From: a virus
Taxonomy: Duplodnaviria; Caudoviricetes
Length of the DNA stretch: 37,026 bases
Direction: 5' to 3' (one strand)
Virus record (IMG/VR): IMGVR_UViG_3300031974_001192
Location: 1-37,026 of that record
The translations under genes and the position numbers were made by a program. This document shows positions 17,227 to 26,704 of this stretch, in pieces (the stretch's first letter is position 1; each line of letters begins with the position of its first letter). Under the pieces are notes generated by a model. It saw only the letters and a list, made by a program, of their open reading frames with translations, had not been told where the DNA came from and ran no database searches.

Positions 17227-20200
17227 TTATTTGTCTCCTATTTTAGAGTCCATCCACTTGCGGATAATTGCTTTGAGGCGAGGTTTGTCGCTTATCCACG
17301 ATGCAAAGCGCTCGCCATATTTGCGGTAAAGCTCAAAGAACCATTGCGGAGATTCGGTGAACATCCACTCGCGGAACTGCATCCATGCCGGATTTGTGGG
17401 ACCATACACTTCGCGTGCTACCCAACAGAGCATTAATCCGGTTGCAATCCCTCCACCTATTGAGCCTAGTCCGCCAAATATACCCGCAGTTTTTGTCGCA
17501 TCACCTGCTACATTTGCGGCATACATATTTGCCTGATTAGCCGCATTCTGTGAAATGTATCCTAACCCCGCTTCCGGGTTGAGGTATTGCGGTCCTGAGT
17601 TTAGCCCGTAGCCCGCCTGTCCGAATACGGACTGCCCGGATTGCAGGCTTCCTCCTCCACCCCGTCCAAGTAATGCTTGGAACGGATCGAGCATATACTG
17701 ATCTTCCATCCGTGCGAGGTTACCCACGGCATTGATGTAATTACCTAATCCCTGCTGACGGAGTGTTTCGTTCAGACGCTCCGCATCCATTTCGGCACCA
17801 ACGCCAAACTGTTTAGCCTGTTGCTGTTGTGCTTGGTTTGCAATTGCGGCTTGCTGTGCGGATTGCGCACCAAATGCGTTAGCTTGTTGCGTAAGTTCTG
17901 CCTGTGCAAGATTGCTCGCTTGGTCAAGTTGTGCTTGTTGTGCATCCTGAGATAATCCTGCTTCCATTCCTGCGGCTCTTGCCTGATTTGTGGCGGCCTG
18001 ATTTGCAAGTTGTGCCTGTAGTCCTGCTTGGTTTGCGGTAGCCTCCTGCTGTAATCCCGCAGATACGCCAAACTGAGAAGCTTGATTTGCGGCACTTGCA
18101 TCTGCCATCGCTTTTGCTTGTGCCTGTTGTGCGGCGAGAGCCTCCTGTGAGAGTCCTGCTTGCAGACCTTGACTAAGTGCTTGATTGGTTGCGACTTGAT
18201 TGAGCCTTTGCGCATCCATTGCTGTTGATGCACCAAACTCTGCGGCTCGGTTGGCGGCGGCTTGATTGGATAATTGAGCCGCTTGTCTTTGCTGTGCCGC
18301 AAGTGCTTCCTGCGATAACCCTGCGGTGACCCCCTGTTGAAGAGCTTGGTTTCGTGCCGCTTGATTCGCAAGCTGTGCCTGCATATCCTGTGATGCTCCG
18401 AATTGTGCGGCTTGATTAAGAGCGGCTTGGTTCTGAAGCTGTGCCTGTAACCCACGGCCTAAATCATCTCGCTGAATATCAGCTTCCTGTCCAAGTGCAG
18501 ATTGTGCAAATCCACGATTTTGCATCCGGCGGTTATTATCTTCTGCTACAAGCGCCTGGGCCTCCTGTATTGCTCCTGACTGATCAAATGTCCTACCCAT
18601 GAGGGTCTGTCTTGCACGGGCAGAATTTGCAATCTGTGCCTGCTCGCGCTCAGTCAATCCCTGCCCTAGTGCAGTCTCTGCATCTGCAAGTAGTGCGGCA
18701 CGAAGTGTATCTGCACCGATATTACCACCCTCCACTCCTGCGGTGGCGGTATATCCTCGTCCTGTCACGCTCGCGGATGGATCGTAGGAAGTAGCCGCTG
18801 TGAGTGCCATTGGGTCACCCGCTTGGGCGGCGGTGTAAGATTGCCCTTCCACGCTTGCCGATGGATCAAAGGAAGTGGCGGCTTGAAGACGCAATGGATC
18901 GGCTACCTGAGATGCGGTGTAGGATGTGCCTGCATCAAATGTTCCTCCCGATACATCTGCGGAGGGAGTGTAGGAAGTGCTTGCATCTAGCGTGGGACCT
19001 TGTCCTACCTGTGCGGCGGTCATGGTTTGTCCCTCAAGTCCGCTTGCAAAGGTACTGCCTGTGGGTTTTGTAATGGCACCACCACCTGTAGTCATTGCTT
19101 CCTTCTGCTCTTCGAGTAACTCTCTTGCTCCATCCAATCCGCTAGTTGCGGCGGGTTTGTAATCCGCCATTACATCCTGATAGCGATCAGATAAGCGCTC
19201 AACATCCGCCAGGTCTGCCTCGCGTTGGCGAGATAAGTTACCTCGCTGTATATCCTCTGCAAGGGCGGAGAGTCCAAGGAAGTTTCCATCTGCATCAAAG
19301 CCTGCCTTACGATCAGTAACCCCAAACATTGTAGGTAATTCTCTACCTTCTGAACGACCGTCTTTATTATAGTGGTCACGACCAAATTCCTCAATTGTTC
19401 TTGAGTCCCCACCCTGTTTTGCACGCTCAAATGCCGCCTTTACATCTCCGTTATTCTGTACATAAGACTCAAAATCCCCTACTTCCCCTTGCACATTACG
19501 ACTGTCGCCGAGCAGATTAATCATTCCGTCCCCTGAGAATGAGGCGGGTATTGTTTCCGTCTGTCCCGCTTTTGATGTGTCTACGATTGTGTTTCCGTTT
19601 GGATCTTTTGCGTAAATAGGTTGAGGTTTACCACCATCGGGAGTTTCTTGTCCTACTCCCATAAAATCCATTGCACTTACATTACCTGACTTCGCCCCTT
19701 CAATCAGTCTTTCAAATTCTGACTCGGAGATAAAATCCTTAAAAGAATCATGACTTACTTTATCATATTCTACTGTCTTTGTGTCACCTCCGCCTTTCCT
19801 ACTACTTGTGTAGGTTGTTGGATTTGCGGTTGCTACTGCCTTGCCTGTATCTGTATCAATAAGCTCAACCTTTGTCCTAGGGTAACTTTTCTTTCCTACT
19901 TTTTCCGAATAAGAAGTAACTTTTGCGGTGTATTTTCCTTTCTGAGGTTCGCCTGTTGTTGGATCAGAATAGCCAACAACTAATCTACCTTCGCTATCAT
20001 AAGTGCCTGTTGTTTCCTTTTGCTCTCTACCCAACAGCGTCTGTCGCAGAATATCCGTATCCGTTTGTGCGGTCTTCTTACGGATGTTCTCTTCGAGCGG
20101 GAGAAGTCCTTCTAATCCGCCAGGAGCTATCTCAGCAAAATCTCCTGTACCTGTAAGTAGCTCGACCTGTGCTTTGAGAGCATCTGCCATGCCCTCGCCG

Positions 20201-20247
20201 TAGCTTGGTTGTTCAGGGAAGTTGTAAGATTGACTTGATCCGCACAT
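17227..20247 (-). CDS. Internal virion / DNA-pilot-like protein with S/T and Q/A repeats and C-terminal CWVAREVYG (CFI-box-like) domain
   Basis: MCG N-terminus; hendecad Q/A repeats; Gly-rich hydrophobic helix followed by a Cys-initiated domain. Confidence 0.65.
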   Translation of the reverse strand: MCGSSQSYNFPEQPSYGEGMADALKAQVELLTGTGDFAEIAPGGLEGLLPLEENIRKKTAQTDTDILRQTLLGREQKETTGTYDSEGRLVVGYSDPTTGEPQKGKYTAKVTSYSEKVGKKSYPRTKVELIDTDTGKAVATANPTTYTSSRKGGGDTKTVEYDKVSHDSFKDFISESEFERLIEGAKSGNVSAMDFMGVGQETPDGGKPQPIYAKDPNGNTIVDTSKAGQTETIPASFSGDGMINLLGDSRNVQGEVGDFESYVQNNGDVKAAFERAKQGGDSRTIEEFGRDHYNKDGRSEGRELPTMFGVTDRKAGFDADGNFLGLSALAEDIQRGNLSRQREADLADVERLSDRYQDVMADYKPAATSGLDGARELLEEQKEAMTTGGGAITKPTGSTFASGLEGQTMTAAQVGQGPTLDASTSYTPSADVSGGTFDAGTSYTASQVADPLRLQAATSFDPSASVEGQSYTAAQAGDPMALTAATSYDPSASVTGRGYTATAGVEGGNIGADTLRAALLADAETALGQGLTEREQAQIANSARARQTLMGRTFDQSGAIQEAQALVAEDNNRRMQNRGFAQSALGQEADIQRDDLGRGLQAQLQNQAALNQAAQFGASQDMQAQLANQAARNQALQQGVTAGLSQEALAAQQRQAAQLSNQAAANRAAEFGASTAMDAQRLNQVATNQALSQGLQAGLSQEALAAQQAQAKAMADASAANQASQFGVSAGLQQEATANQAGLQAQLANQAATNQARAAGMEAGLSQDAQQAQLDQASNLAQAELTQQANAFGAQSAQQAAIANQAQQQQAKQFGVGAEMDAERLNETLRQQGLGNYINAVGNLARMEDQYMLDPFQALLGRGGGGSLQSGQSVFGQAGYGLNSGPQYLNPEAGLGYISQNAANQANMYAANVAGDATKTAGIFGGLGSIGGGIATGLMLCWVAREVYGPTNPAWMQFREWMFTESPQWFFELYRKYGERFASWISDKPRLKAIIRKWMDSKIGDK

Positions 20248-20259
20248 AATTAGTGTCTC

Positions 20260-20631
20260 CTAGATTTTTGGTAAGTTTTTGTAGAAAATATTAGTAGGCC
20301 AAACAGGTTCAAATCCGAAGTGCTTCATATGATTGTGATATGGGCTGTGTGAATTACACGCGATAAACGCTTGGTTCACACCTTTCTCGGATAACATGCT
20401 TTCCTGTATTTGATTTAGTATTAAAGAATCTTTTGCTCCGACTTTCTTGGAGTGGTGCCATAGCAGGACCATTGGTACTTCGCATAAGTTCCAACCTCCC
20501 ACGATGTCGTCTCCTTTAACTACCGCATGGGTAGGCATCTTCATATTGTCGTTATCCTCTTCCGCTAATTTCGACACTAGCTGAAGAGTCTTGGGGTCAT
20601 TTATTTTTATTACTTTAGGGATGTTGCTCAT
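20260..20631 (-). CDS. GNAT-fold-like protein in the T7 gp13 position
   Basis: VKGDDIVG strand and MKHFGF C-motif; between the tail gene and first ejection protein. Confidence 0.45.
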   Translation of the reverse strand: MSNIPKVIKINDPKTLQLVSKLAEEDNDNMKMPTHAVVKGDDIVGGWNLCEVPMVLLWHHSKKVGAKDSLILNQIQESMLSEKGVNQAFIACNSHSPYHNHMKHFGFEPVWPTNIFYKNLPKI

Positions 20632-20632
20632 T

Positions 20633-20944
20633 CTATTCTGCCATTAGGTATTCGTCTGCATCGGTGGCGCTCACCGCACTTCCGAGGTTTACGCGCAACC
20701 AATTCGTGCCGTTATCCACGGCAAGGCACGGGTTGCCACCATCGCCATCGCTGACATATATCATCCTGCCCGTTGTTCCATTTGCGGGTAGTGTGCTTAC
20801 GGTGAAATTCTCCAGGGTAACGGAGGTGGCGGAGATGGAGTCTACGGTGACGGTGGGCTCGCCCAATTGATTAAGAGACGAGGCATCGGCCTCCACGCCT
20901 GTGGCGAAGGTAAAACCACGGGTAACTGTGGCGGTGACTGCCAC
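20633..20944 (-). CDS. Small virion structural protein
   Basis: TVSTLP..GRMIYVSDG...AVDNGTNW fibre/collar-like motif. Confidence 0.55.
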   Translation of the reverse strand: MAVTATVTRGFTFATGVEADASSLNQLGEPTVTVDSISATSVTLENFTVSTLPANGTTGRMIYVSDGDGGNPCLAVDNGTNWLRVNLGSAVSATDADEYLMAE

Positions 20945-22554
20945 TATGCAATCTCCCTCCTCGCATTCGCTCCGCCCGCTATCGCTTCTAGCGATACATG
21001 GCGAAAGCTAGGCCGCCCGGCTGTTACATCTACTTCTACGCTCGCGGCGTAACCTCTCGCGCGTCCACTGCCAAAGCGAATCAGTTTCTCCTCGCTCGTT
21101 GTCGCATTCTCGGTGTGTACCGTGTTCGTCCGATCCGGGTCTATTGTATTGACCTTGATCGTGAACTGATCCCCGTTGCTCACTTCGCATCCCAACTGCC
21201 CCCTCTTCCAACTCTTTACATCGATATTTCCGAATGTGAAGGAGCGGGTCTTCAGCCTGGCACTTATCGCGGTGGAGGTGGTGCTTGCGCTCCCTACCGT
21301 TCCCGTGATATCGGTGGTGCCTTCCTCGATTAAATGCCATCCCTTGTCGTTGACTGCAAAGAGTCTGCGCTTGGTGGGATCGCTACCATGTAATACGGTG
21401 ACGAAATCATCTATTACAAATCCTGCGGGGAAGGAATCTACTGAAGTCCATGCTGTATTAAGGATATCATATACTAAGATTTTATTATTATCGGTGGATG
21501 AACCTGTGGGGACTGCGAGGTAATACTTATTATCAAATACAATACCACACGCTTTGTCCGCAGAGGCGAAGTTTACTTCTTTAAACTGATCCTGTATCGG
21601 GCGGGATAGCGGGATTGCTTCTCCGCTTACCTTCGAGATTGCAACTCCTAGTCCTTTGGCGGGGTCTAAGCCTTGTTGCAGGGTAAATACACCATCATCG
21701 GATAGGAAGTATATCTGCGGACCACTCGCGGCTATACTCTTGCGTGCCACGCATCCCCGTTGGCGGGTAATCTCAAAGACTCCTGCCGCAGATGATATTG
21801 CCACATTGTTAATCATGTGGATCGAGTTGCGGAAAAATACGAGTAACTGATTCTCCAGGTATGGAGTAAATCCTACCAAGCGATCTGCAGTTCCACGATT
21901 GATCCTGAACTGCGATTCTGCGGGGTAGAAGTTATCCGTATCCAAAAGGTCGGACATGATCACGGTGTACTGCGAATCGCTTGGCTGTGGTACGATCAAG
22001 CGGTTTGCAAAGAAGGTGCCAAAGTTTGTGCTAGGACATTCCACTCTGCCTGCTGTGGGGGATGCATTATTCTTGAGCGTAAAGGCTGTGGGGGTGGTAT
22101 AATCGCCATCCCATTCTAGCGGATCTTTACCGGTTCCGCGGAAAAGGATAAGCTTCTCCATTGCCTGAACGAAGCTCGCATTATCTCCGCTTGCTACCGT
22201 CTGTCCGCCAGGGTACGCGATATCTATACCGCTGTTATTCTGATCATTCCATAGGATGACTTTATCCTTTGTGGCACAGGCGATAAATTCTGTCCCTGTG
22301 ACAGGATCGGAAAATAAGGTGGATGCAAATACCTGCTCATCCCCGGCATAAGTAAGTGTGACTGCTCCTGCCTTAAACTCAATACCCTTGCGGACAGATG
22401 CGATATCCCCGTCTAGTCGCATATTCTCTGATGCCTCAACAGTACCCCCCTGTAGTGTGGTAGGCTCCAGGTAACTATCAATACCACGGAATCCACGATC
22501 TCCATCGGTGAGGATAGGATCGTCCATTCTGCCCATTGGTTTGTACCTAGCCAT
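20944..22554 (-). CDS. Tail tubular protein B / nozzle (beta-propeller)
   Basis: GFRG N-motif, ENMRL..G..RKG, FFANRL, GCVARKSI, IYFLSDDGV, NKYYLAVP...LVYD...W. Confidence 0.8.
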   Translation of the reverse strand: MARYKPMGRMDDPILTDGDRGFRGIDSYLEPTTLQGGTVEASENMRLDGDIASVRKGIEFKAGAVTLTYAGDEQVFASTLFSDPVTGTEFIACATKDKVILWNDQNNSGIDIAYPGGQTVASGDNASFVQAMEKLILFRGTGKDPLEWDGDYTTPTAFTLKNNASPTAGRVECPSTNFGTFFANRLIVPQPSDSQYTVIMSDLLDTDNFYPAESQFRINRGTADRLVGFTPYLENQLLVFFRNSIHMINNVAISSAAGVFEITRQRGCVARKSIAASGPQIYFLSDDGVFTLQQGLDPAKGLGVAISKVSGEAIPLSRPIQDQFKEVNFASADKACGIVFDNKYYLAVPTGSSTDNNKILVYDILNTAWTSVDSFPAGFVIDDFVTVLHGSDPTKRRLFAVNDKGWHLIEEGTTDITGTVGSASTTSTAISARLKTRSFTFGNIDVKSWKRGQLGCEVSNGDQFTIKVNTIDPDRTNTVHTENATTSEEKLIRFGSGRARGYAASVEVDVTAGRPSFRHVSLEAIAGGANARREIA

Positions 22555-22700
22555 TACTTCTTAATCTCCTGATAGAGTTTTATACTCATGTACACTAGCG
22601 TGACTGCGCCTACTGCAATCCCCAGGAATGTATCTATCGTGGATAATCCAAAGGTTGCGGCGGTTCCGCTCATACCTGCGACTGATACGCGATCAATCAT
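22554..22700 (-). CDS. Small 2-TM holin-like protein (MIDRVSVAGMSGTAATFGLSTIDTFLGIAVGAVTLVYMSIKLYQEIKK)
   Basis: Not in ORF track; TGATG/TAATG coupling; hydrophobic with basic tail. Confidence 0.6.
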   Translation of the reverse strand: MIDRVSVAGMSGTAATFGLSTIDTFLGIAVGAVTLVYMSIKLYQEIKK

Positions 22701-23164
22701 CACCTACGCCCTCCCGGTGTGAAGTAGAACCCCACGATCATCGGCAACACGACTGATGTTTGGAAGAGGCAGAGGTGTCCTGTTGTGACGACCAAATTGG
22801 TTTGCTCTGCCGGAAAACTGAGGAGTCCGAAAAGTATTTCTGTTTTCCCTTCCCCTGTAATGTTTGTTGTACTGAGGAGTGGGACTGATGGGAAAATTGC
22901 TGTGATGCATGTGACGAATGAGATTGTTGCCATACCAATGAGCGCGAGCATCCTACGAGTTGCACGAGTAAAAGCACCGCCATCACCGCTGTTGAGGCTT
23001 TCTTGGAATTTAATAGCGAACTCGTTATTCCGAGCCTCTCTTGCCATTTCGATCTCATACTTCTGTTGCCTCGAATCTGTGAGCATTCCGAACACACCTT
23101 TGAGTATGCTCCCCATTGCGGCTGATCCTCCACCCGTCAAAAATAGTGTAAGTAGCTCGAACAT
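22700..23164 (-). CDS. Multi-TM holin-like membrane protein
   Basis: Amphipathic N-terminus, TRR-TM helix, C-terminal IVGFYF. Confidence 0.6.
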   Translation of the reverse strand: MFELLTLFLTGGGSAAMGSILKGVFGMLTDSRQQKYEIEMAREARNNEFAIKFQESLNSGDGGAFTRATRRMLALIGMATISFVTCITAIFPSVPLLSTTNITGEGKTEILFGLLSFPAEQTNLVVTTGHLCLFQTSVVLPMIVGFYFTPGGRR

Positions 23165-23388
23165 TATTTTGCATCTAGTTTTTCAAATAGTTTCTGTATA
23201 TCCCGCCTGCGGTCTTCTGAGAGTTTGGTCAGATGCTCCACATCCTTGGATTGTCCGGCATCGCTAATCTCGATTTGGCGGAGTCTCTCCTTCATATCAT
23301 CGATCTCCCACTTGTTGCGTTTGATGAAGAATGCGAGGATTGATATGGCAACGCCAACTCCCGCAAACATATAGTGTGAAATCTCCAT
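23164..23388 (-). CDS. Single-TM coiled-coil protein (lysis-cluster type)
   Basis: N-terminal TM followed by a coiled coil. Confidence 0.6.
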   Translation of the reverse strand: MEISHYMFAGVGVAISILAFFIKRNKWEIDDMKERLRQIEISDAGQSKDVEHLTKLSEDRRRDIQKLFEKLDAK

Positions 23389-23389
23389 C

Positions 23390-23734
23390 TCACTCCTCCA
23401 CCCTGTCGCGAAGCCTGTCCAACTCCTTTTCTATATACTTTAAGCGCTCGAACTGCTGATAGTCGGAGGTGATGGGAGCATCCTGCATCTCCACCAAATG
23501 ATCGAGATCCGCTTTAGCTTGCTCTGCGAATTTTTCCAAGTGCATCATCCTAGCAGATAAATCCCCAAGCAGAGTTCCTTCGTGTTGGACTCTCCCCAAA
23601 CCATTGTCAAGTTCGTTAATTTTATTCCAAATGACGGAGTAGCCCCAAACACAGGTGCCAACAATGGCGATAACTTTCGCCATAAATGCAAGGTTAGCTT
23701 TGACCTGTACATTATCTCCGACTTCAGTTGCCAT
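23390..23734 (-). CDS. Single-TM coiled-coil protein
   Basis: TM at about residues 15-35 followed by a coiled coil. Confidence 0.6.
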   Translation of the reverse strand: MATEVGDNVQVKANLAFMAKVIAIVGTCVWGYSVIWNKINELDNGLGRVQHEGTLLGDLSARMMHLEKFAEQAKADLDHLVEMQDAPITSDYQQFERLKYIEKELDRLRDRVEE

Positions 23735-23967
23735 TAAGGTCCGGCGTTAGGATCAGTCCACTCCTCGCCTGCTAGAATCTCAAGCATCTCGGAATGCGTG
23801 TATTGCGTTTTACCCGCCAGGAACGAAGGTGTGTCACCCTCGAACTTTACAAAGGTCTTAGTACCCGCAATATTGTATCTAAGCGTGTCTGCCGAGGTTT
23901 CTAGGACTTGGTTAAAATCAACGGAACTTACTTCCGATGCGTCAATGATTACATAATTTCTGCTCAT
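23734..23967 (-). CDS. Small tail-fibre-associated protein
   Basis: VDFNQVLETSADTLRY...TFVKF...YTHSE...EWT; follows the LamG gene. Confidence 0.6.
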   Translation of the reverse strand: MSRNYVIIDASEVSSVDFNQVLETSADTLRYNIAGTKTFVKFEGDTPSFLAGKTQYTHSEMLEILAGEEWTDPNAGP

Positions 23968-23973
23968 AATATT

Positions 23974-24786
23974 TTAAGATGGGACTGTTGTTGAAAAAGT
24001 AGGCCCGCCACCAAGCGTTCCATCATTACTTCCGCTACCTTGGTCAGTGATAGTAGTGCCTGTTCCGCCATCATTATCTCCCATACGCCACCATCCGACA
24101 GGACTAAGTGTCGCAAGATCATCAGGTCCTCCGCTGTTATAGATAGAAGTTACATTAGAAGACGATAACTCACTGTTGAACAAAGCAATTTCATCCATCT
24201 TTCCTTGTAAATAACTGTTTGGCGTTGTGTTGCTACTTCTAGCACCAAAGCGTAAAGGATCGGTGGAGTTAATCATCGTCAAAGAAGATGATCCACTTGT
24301 TGTCAAAGTTTGCGAAACTCCATCTATGTAGATTTTCATGCCCGATCTATTGCCTGTTCCGTCTGCTGTACAAACGACATGATGCCAAGTGTTCAGGCTT
24401 ATGGAACTAGCGGGAGACTCTACTACTGCCCCTGAAGTGCTTCCTGGGTATAGGGCAAAGTATATTGAGTCAGCATTTAAACCGTAGCTATTTGATGGCA
24501 TAGCTTGGATCAAATACTCAGAGTTAGAGCTACTACCTTTTGAAATTAAATGCTGAAATACATTAGTAGACGATCTTTCGACACGAACCCAAAAGCTGTA
24601 ACTAAATGCAGAATTTGAAGAACCATCACCGAAGGAAAAGTCGTCTGAGTCTGCTACTTCGACATAATCGTTAGTTCCATCTAGTGAAAGGCTGTAGGTG
24701 TTACCACTCCATCCACCACTACCACCGCCACTCGCAGGAACTGCGGATATGGCCGATGCTCCGAAACTTGGAAGTATGAAAGTCAT
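23974..24786 (-). CDS. LamG/concanavalin A-like receptor-binding protein (start revised to MTFILP)
   Basis: SLDGTNDYV, SFWVR, WHHVVCT, KIYIDG, GKMDEIALFNSELS, GWWRMGD. Confidence 0.9.
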   Translation of the reverse strand: MTFILPSFGASAISAVPASGGGSGGWSGNTYSLSLDGTNDYVEVADSDDFSFGDGSSNSAFSYSFWVRVERSSTNVFQHLISKGSSSNSEYLIQAMPSNSYGLNADSIYFALYPGSTSGAVVESPASSISLNTWHHVVCTADGTGNRSGMKIYIDGVSQTLTTSGSSSLTMINSTDPLRFGARSSNTTPNSYLQGKMDEIALFNSELSSSNVTSIYNSGGPDDLATLSPVGWWRMGDNDGGTGTTITDQGSGSNDGTLGGGPTFSTTVPS

Positions 24787-24791
24787 CGGAC

Positions 24792-25400
24792 TTAGGAAGC
24801 TGTATCGCCTGCTAGAACAAAGGCATCTGCCACGCAACTGATCAAGCCTGTTACTGCGTACTGCCCTGCGGTCTTTGTGTGCGATTGGCGGTTATATAGT
24901 GTCGAACTTGATGTGGAGAATGTAATTTGCCCCGCTCCGTATTGTATGACAGTACAGTTGAATCCCTCACCTAATCCGCTTGGTAGGGTAAGCGTAATTG
25001 CTGATCCGTTGGTGAACTTAATCACCTTGCCGTTGTCTCCCGCCACAAGCGTGTAGGTAGTTCCTGTTTGCTCGTTGATCGATGCGTCAAAGTCTTCGAG
25101 CTTGTTACCGCCCAGGTCAACTGTACCGCTTGATACCGCGATTACATTTGTGTCGGCTGTACCTACAGTCTTGGTAGCCGCATCACCTAAACCAAGATTG
25201 GTGCGGGATGTTGCGGCACTAGATACATCGCTCAAGTTGTTGCTTGCGACTAGGTCACCCTGGGGGGCAAGTGTCATTAGGTTAGTGACGGTTACCTTTT
25301 TGGTGGTTGCGGTGCCTGCAACATCATCCACGATGGGCAAGATATCGGCACCCGCCGGGGTGCTTAGATCAGAGAGTTGAGTGATTTTAAGATTAGCCAT
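24792..25400 (-). CDS. Tail fibre protein
   Basis: KITQL...DILPIVD..TKKVT, NNLSDV..AATSRTNLGLG, QTGTTYTLV..DNGKVI, VIQYGAGQITF. Confidence 0.8.
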   Translation of the reverse strand: MANLKITQLSDLSTPAGADILPIVDDVAGTATTKKVTVTNLMTLAPQGDLVASNNLSDVSSAATSRTNLGLGDAATKTVGTADTNVIAVSSGTVDLGGNKLEDFDASINEQTGTTYTLVAGDNGKVIKFTNGSAITLTLPSGLGEGFNCTVIQYGAGQITFSTSSSTLYNRQSHTKTAGQYAVTGLISCVADAFVLAGDTAS

Positions 25401-25404
25401 GATA

Positions 25405-25617
25405 TTATTCGGTTAAGATTGCTTCGTTTAATTCGGTTCGTAAGACCTCATCGGCCTCAGTTGTTAGAAAAGGTGGTAGTTCAAACTCTATGTAGTTTCC
25501 GTTTTCAGTAATAATGAATCTACCATTCTCGGTTCTTAATACGCCATCAGGCGCGGGTACGCCACTTGTCGTAAATGGACGAGGCGTGCCAACATTAAGA
25601 TCGAGCGAAAGTGCCAT
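25405..25617 (-). CDS. Small virion protein with 'L.TE.G..I.TE' repeats
   Basis: VLRTENGRFIITE / VLRTELNEAILTE. Confidence 0.6.
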   Translation of the reverse strand: MALSLDLNVGTPRPFTTSGVPAPDGVLRTENGRFIITENGNYIEFELPPFLTTEADEVLRTELNEAILTE

Positions 25618-25871
25618 TATACATTATAGGCGATTACCGCACCGCTACTCAGAGTGATTCCGGTTATGCCTCCGTAGATCGCGGTGTTTGCGGATAGTGT
25701 GGTATTGTCCTGGGACGCGGTAATGTTACTCAGGTTCTCCACATTACTCGTAATGCTGTCGATAACTGTATCCTCAGTCGCCACAATGCAAAAAAAGTTT
25801 CCTGTATGCGCGGAGGTGTCTGCTATGTACTTCCCTCCGTTTAGTCCTAATCCTCTGTATTCGTTAGCCAT
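25617..25871 (-). CDS. Small virion structural protein
   Basis: IYG.IT.ITLSSGAVIAY C-terminal motif. Confidence 0.65.
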   Translation of the reverse strand: MANEYRGLGLNGGKYIADTSAHTGNFFCIVATEDTVIDSITSNVENLSNITASQDNTTLSANTAIYGGITGITLSSGAVIAYNV

Positions 25872-25873
25872 GA

Positions 25874-26704
25874 TTAAATATTGGTTTGGTAGGTTGTTCC
25901 GTAAGTTACGAATTGTATAAAGTTCTGCTGACCCTGTTGGCGCTCCAACTTGTCATGCTCCATAGTTAAAAGTGATTCTGCCTGCTGAAAGGCGACTCCC
26001 GCTTTATCCGTCTGCGAGTCCGCATTTAAGAAGTCCCCGAATGCCCCGTATACCGCATACTCGCTAAAGATATATGGGAAGTCTGTACTGCTAGATGTGT
26101 AGTCTGTGTATGGTGCGCGGAATTGCAGGAACACAGGCTTCGTGCTACTGCGATTTGTAAGTACTACTTTACCATAGCCACTACTTGCATATTCCACACG
26201 GAATGCCACCTCATCCGCAAACCCGGTGTCATAGGGATCGTTATTGGATATGCGGAGGACTTCACCAATTTCCGTACCAAAATCGATTACATTCATAATC
26301 GTGGATACTGCTTCGGCTCCGCTTCCCCCTCCTCCTGAAAAGGATACCGTGGGGGCAGATGTGTAACCTGTCCCTCCTGCGGTGACCGCCACTCCGTTTA
26401 CCGATCCATTGGAATCGATTGTCGCGGTGGCGGTGGCTCCGCTTCCTCCTCCCCCGCTAAAGCTAACGGTTGGGGCGGATGTGTAGCCTGTGCCTCCTGT
26501 GCCTACGGATACATTGCGTACCTGATTATCAGGTGTCTTCTGTTCCAAGCGGATAGTATCGGGCCACTTGGTGCGCTCCCATGCCAATCGTCCAAAGCGA
26601 TTGAAACTACGGATCGCTGAGTTCTCTTCAGTCGTAAGTAACGAGTCCACGCCCACCAGGTGCTTAAGGTTGGTGAGCATTGTACTGACCGCTACTTGTC
26701 TCAT
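25874..26704 (-). CDS. Tail tubular protein A / adaptor with inserted Gly-rich repeats
   Basis: Position downstream of the capsid gene; helical N- and C-termini (W..WP; FPYIF..Y.VYGA); two [20 protein letters not shown] repeats. Confidence 0.7.
   Translation of the reverse strand: MRQVAVSTMLTNLKHLVGVDSLLTTEENSAIRSFNRFGRLAWERTKWPDTIRLEQKTPDNQVRNVSVGTGGTGYTSAPTVSFSGGGGSGATATATIDSNGSVNGVAVTAGGTGYTSAPTVSFSGGGGSGAEAVSTIMNVIDFGTEIGEVLRISNNDPYDTGFADEVAFRVEYASSGYGKVVLTNRSSTKPVFLQFRAPYTDYTSSSTDFPYIFSEYAVYGAFGDFLNADSQTDKAGVAFQQAESLLTMEHDKLERQQGQQNFIQFVTYGTTYQTNI
26315..26498 (-). repeat. Two 120-bp-spaced coding repeats ([21 protein letters not shown])
   Basis: Identical 21-aa peptide encoded with many synonymous differences. 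Confidence 0.85.

Noticed and set aside
17772-18455. 227-aa alternative-frame ORF inside the Q/A repeats
   Set aside because: Explained by low-complexity CAA/GCA codons lacking stops; no RBS or motifs.
23974-25400. Diversity-generating retroelement or invertible tail-fibre cassette
   Set aside because: No reverse transcriptase, serine invertase or TR/VR pair seen.
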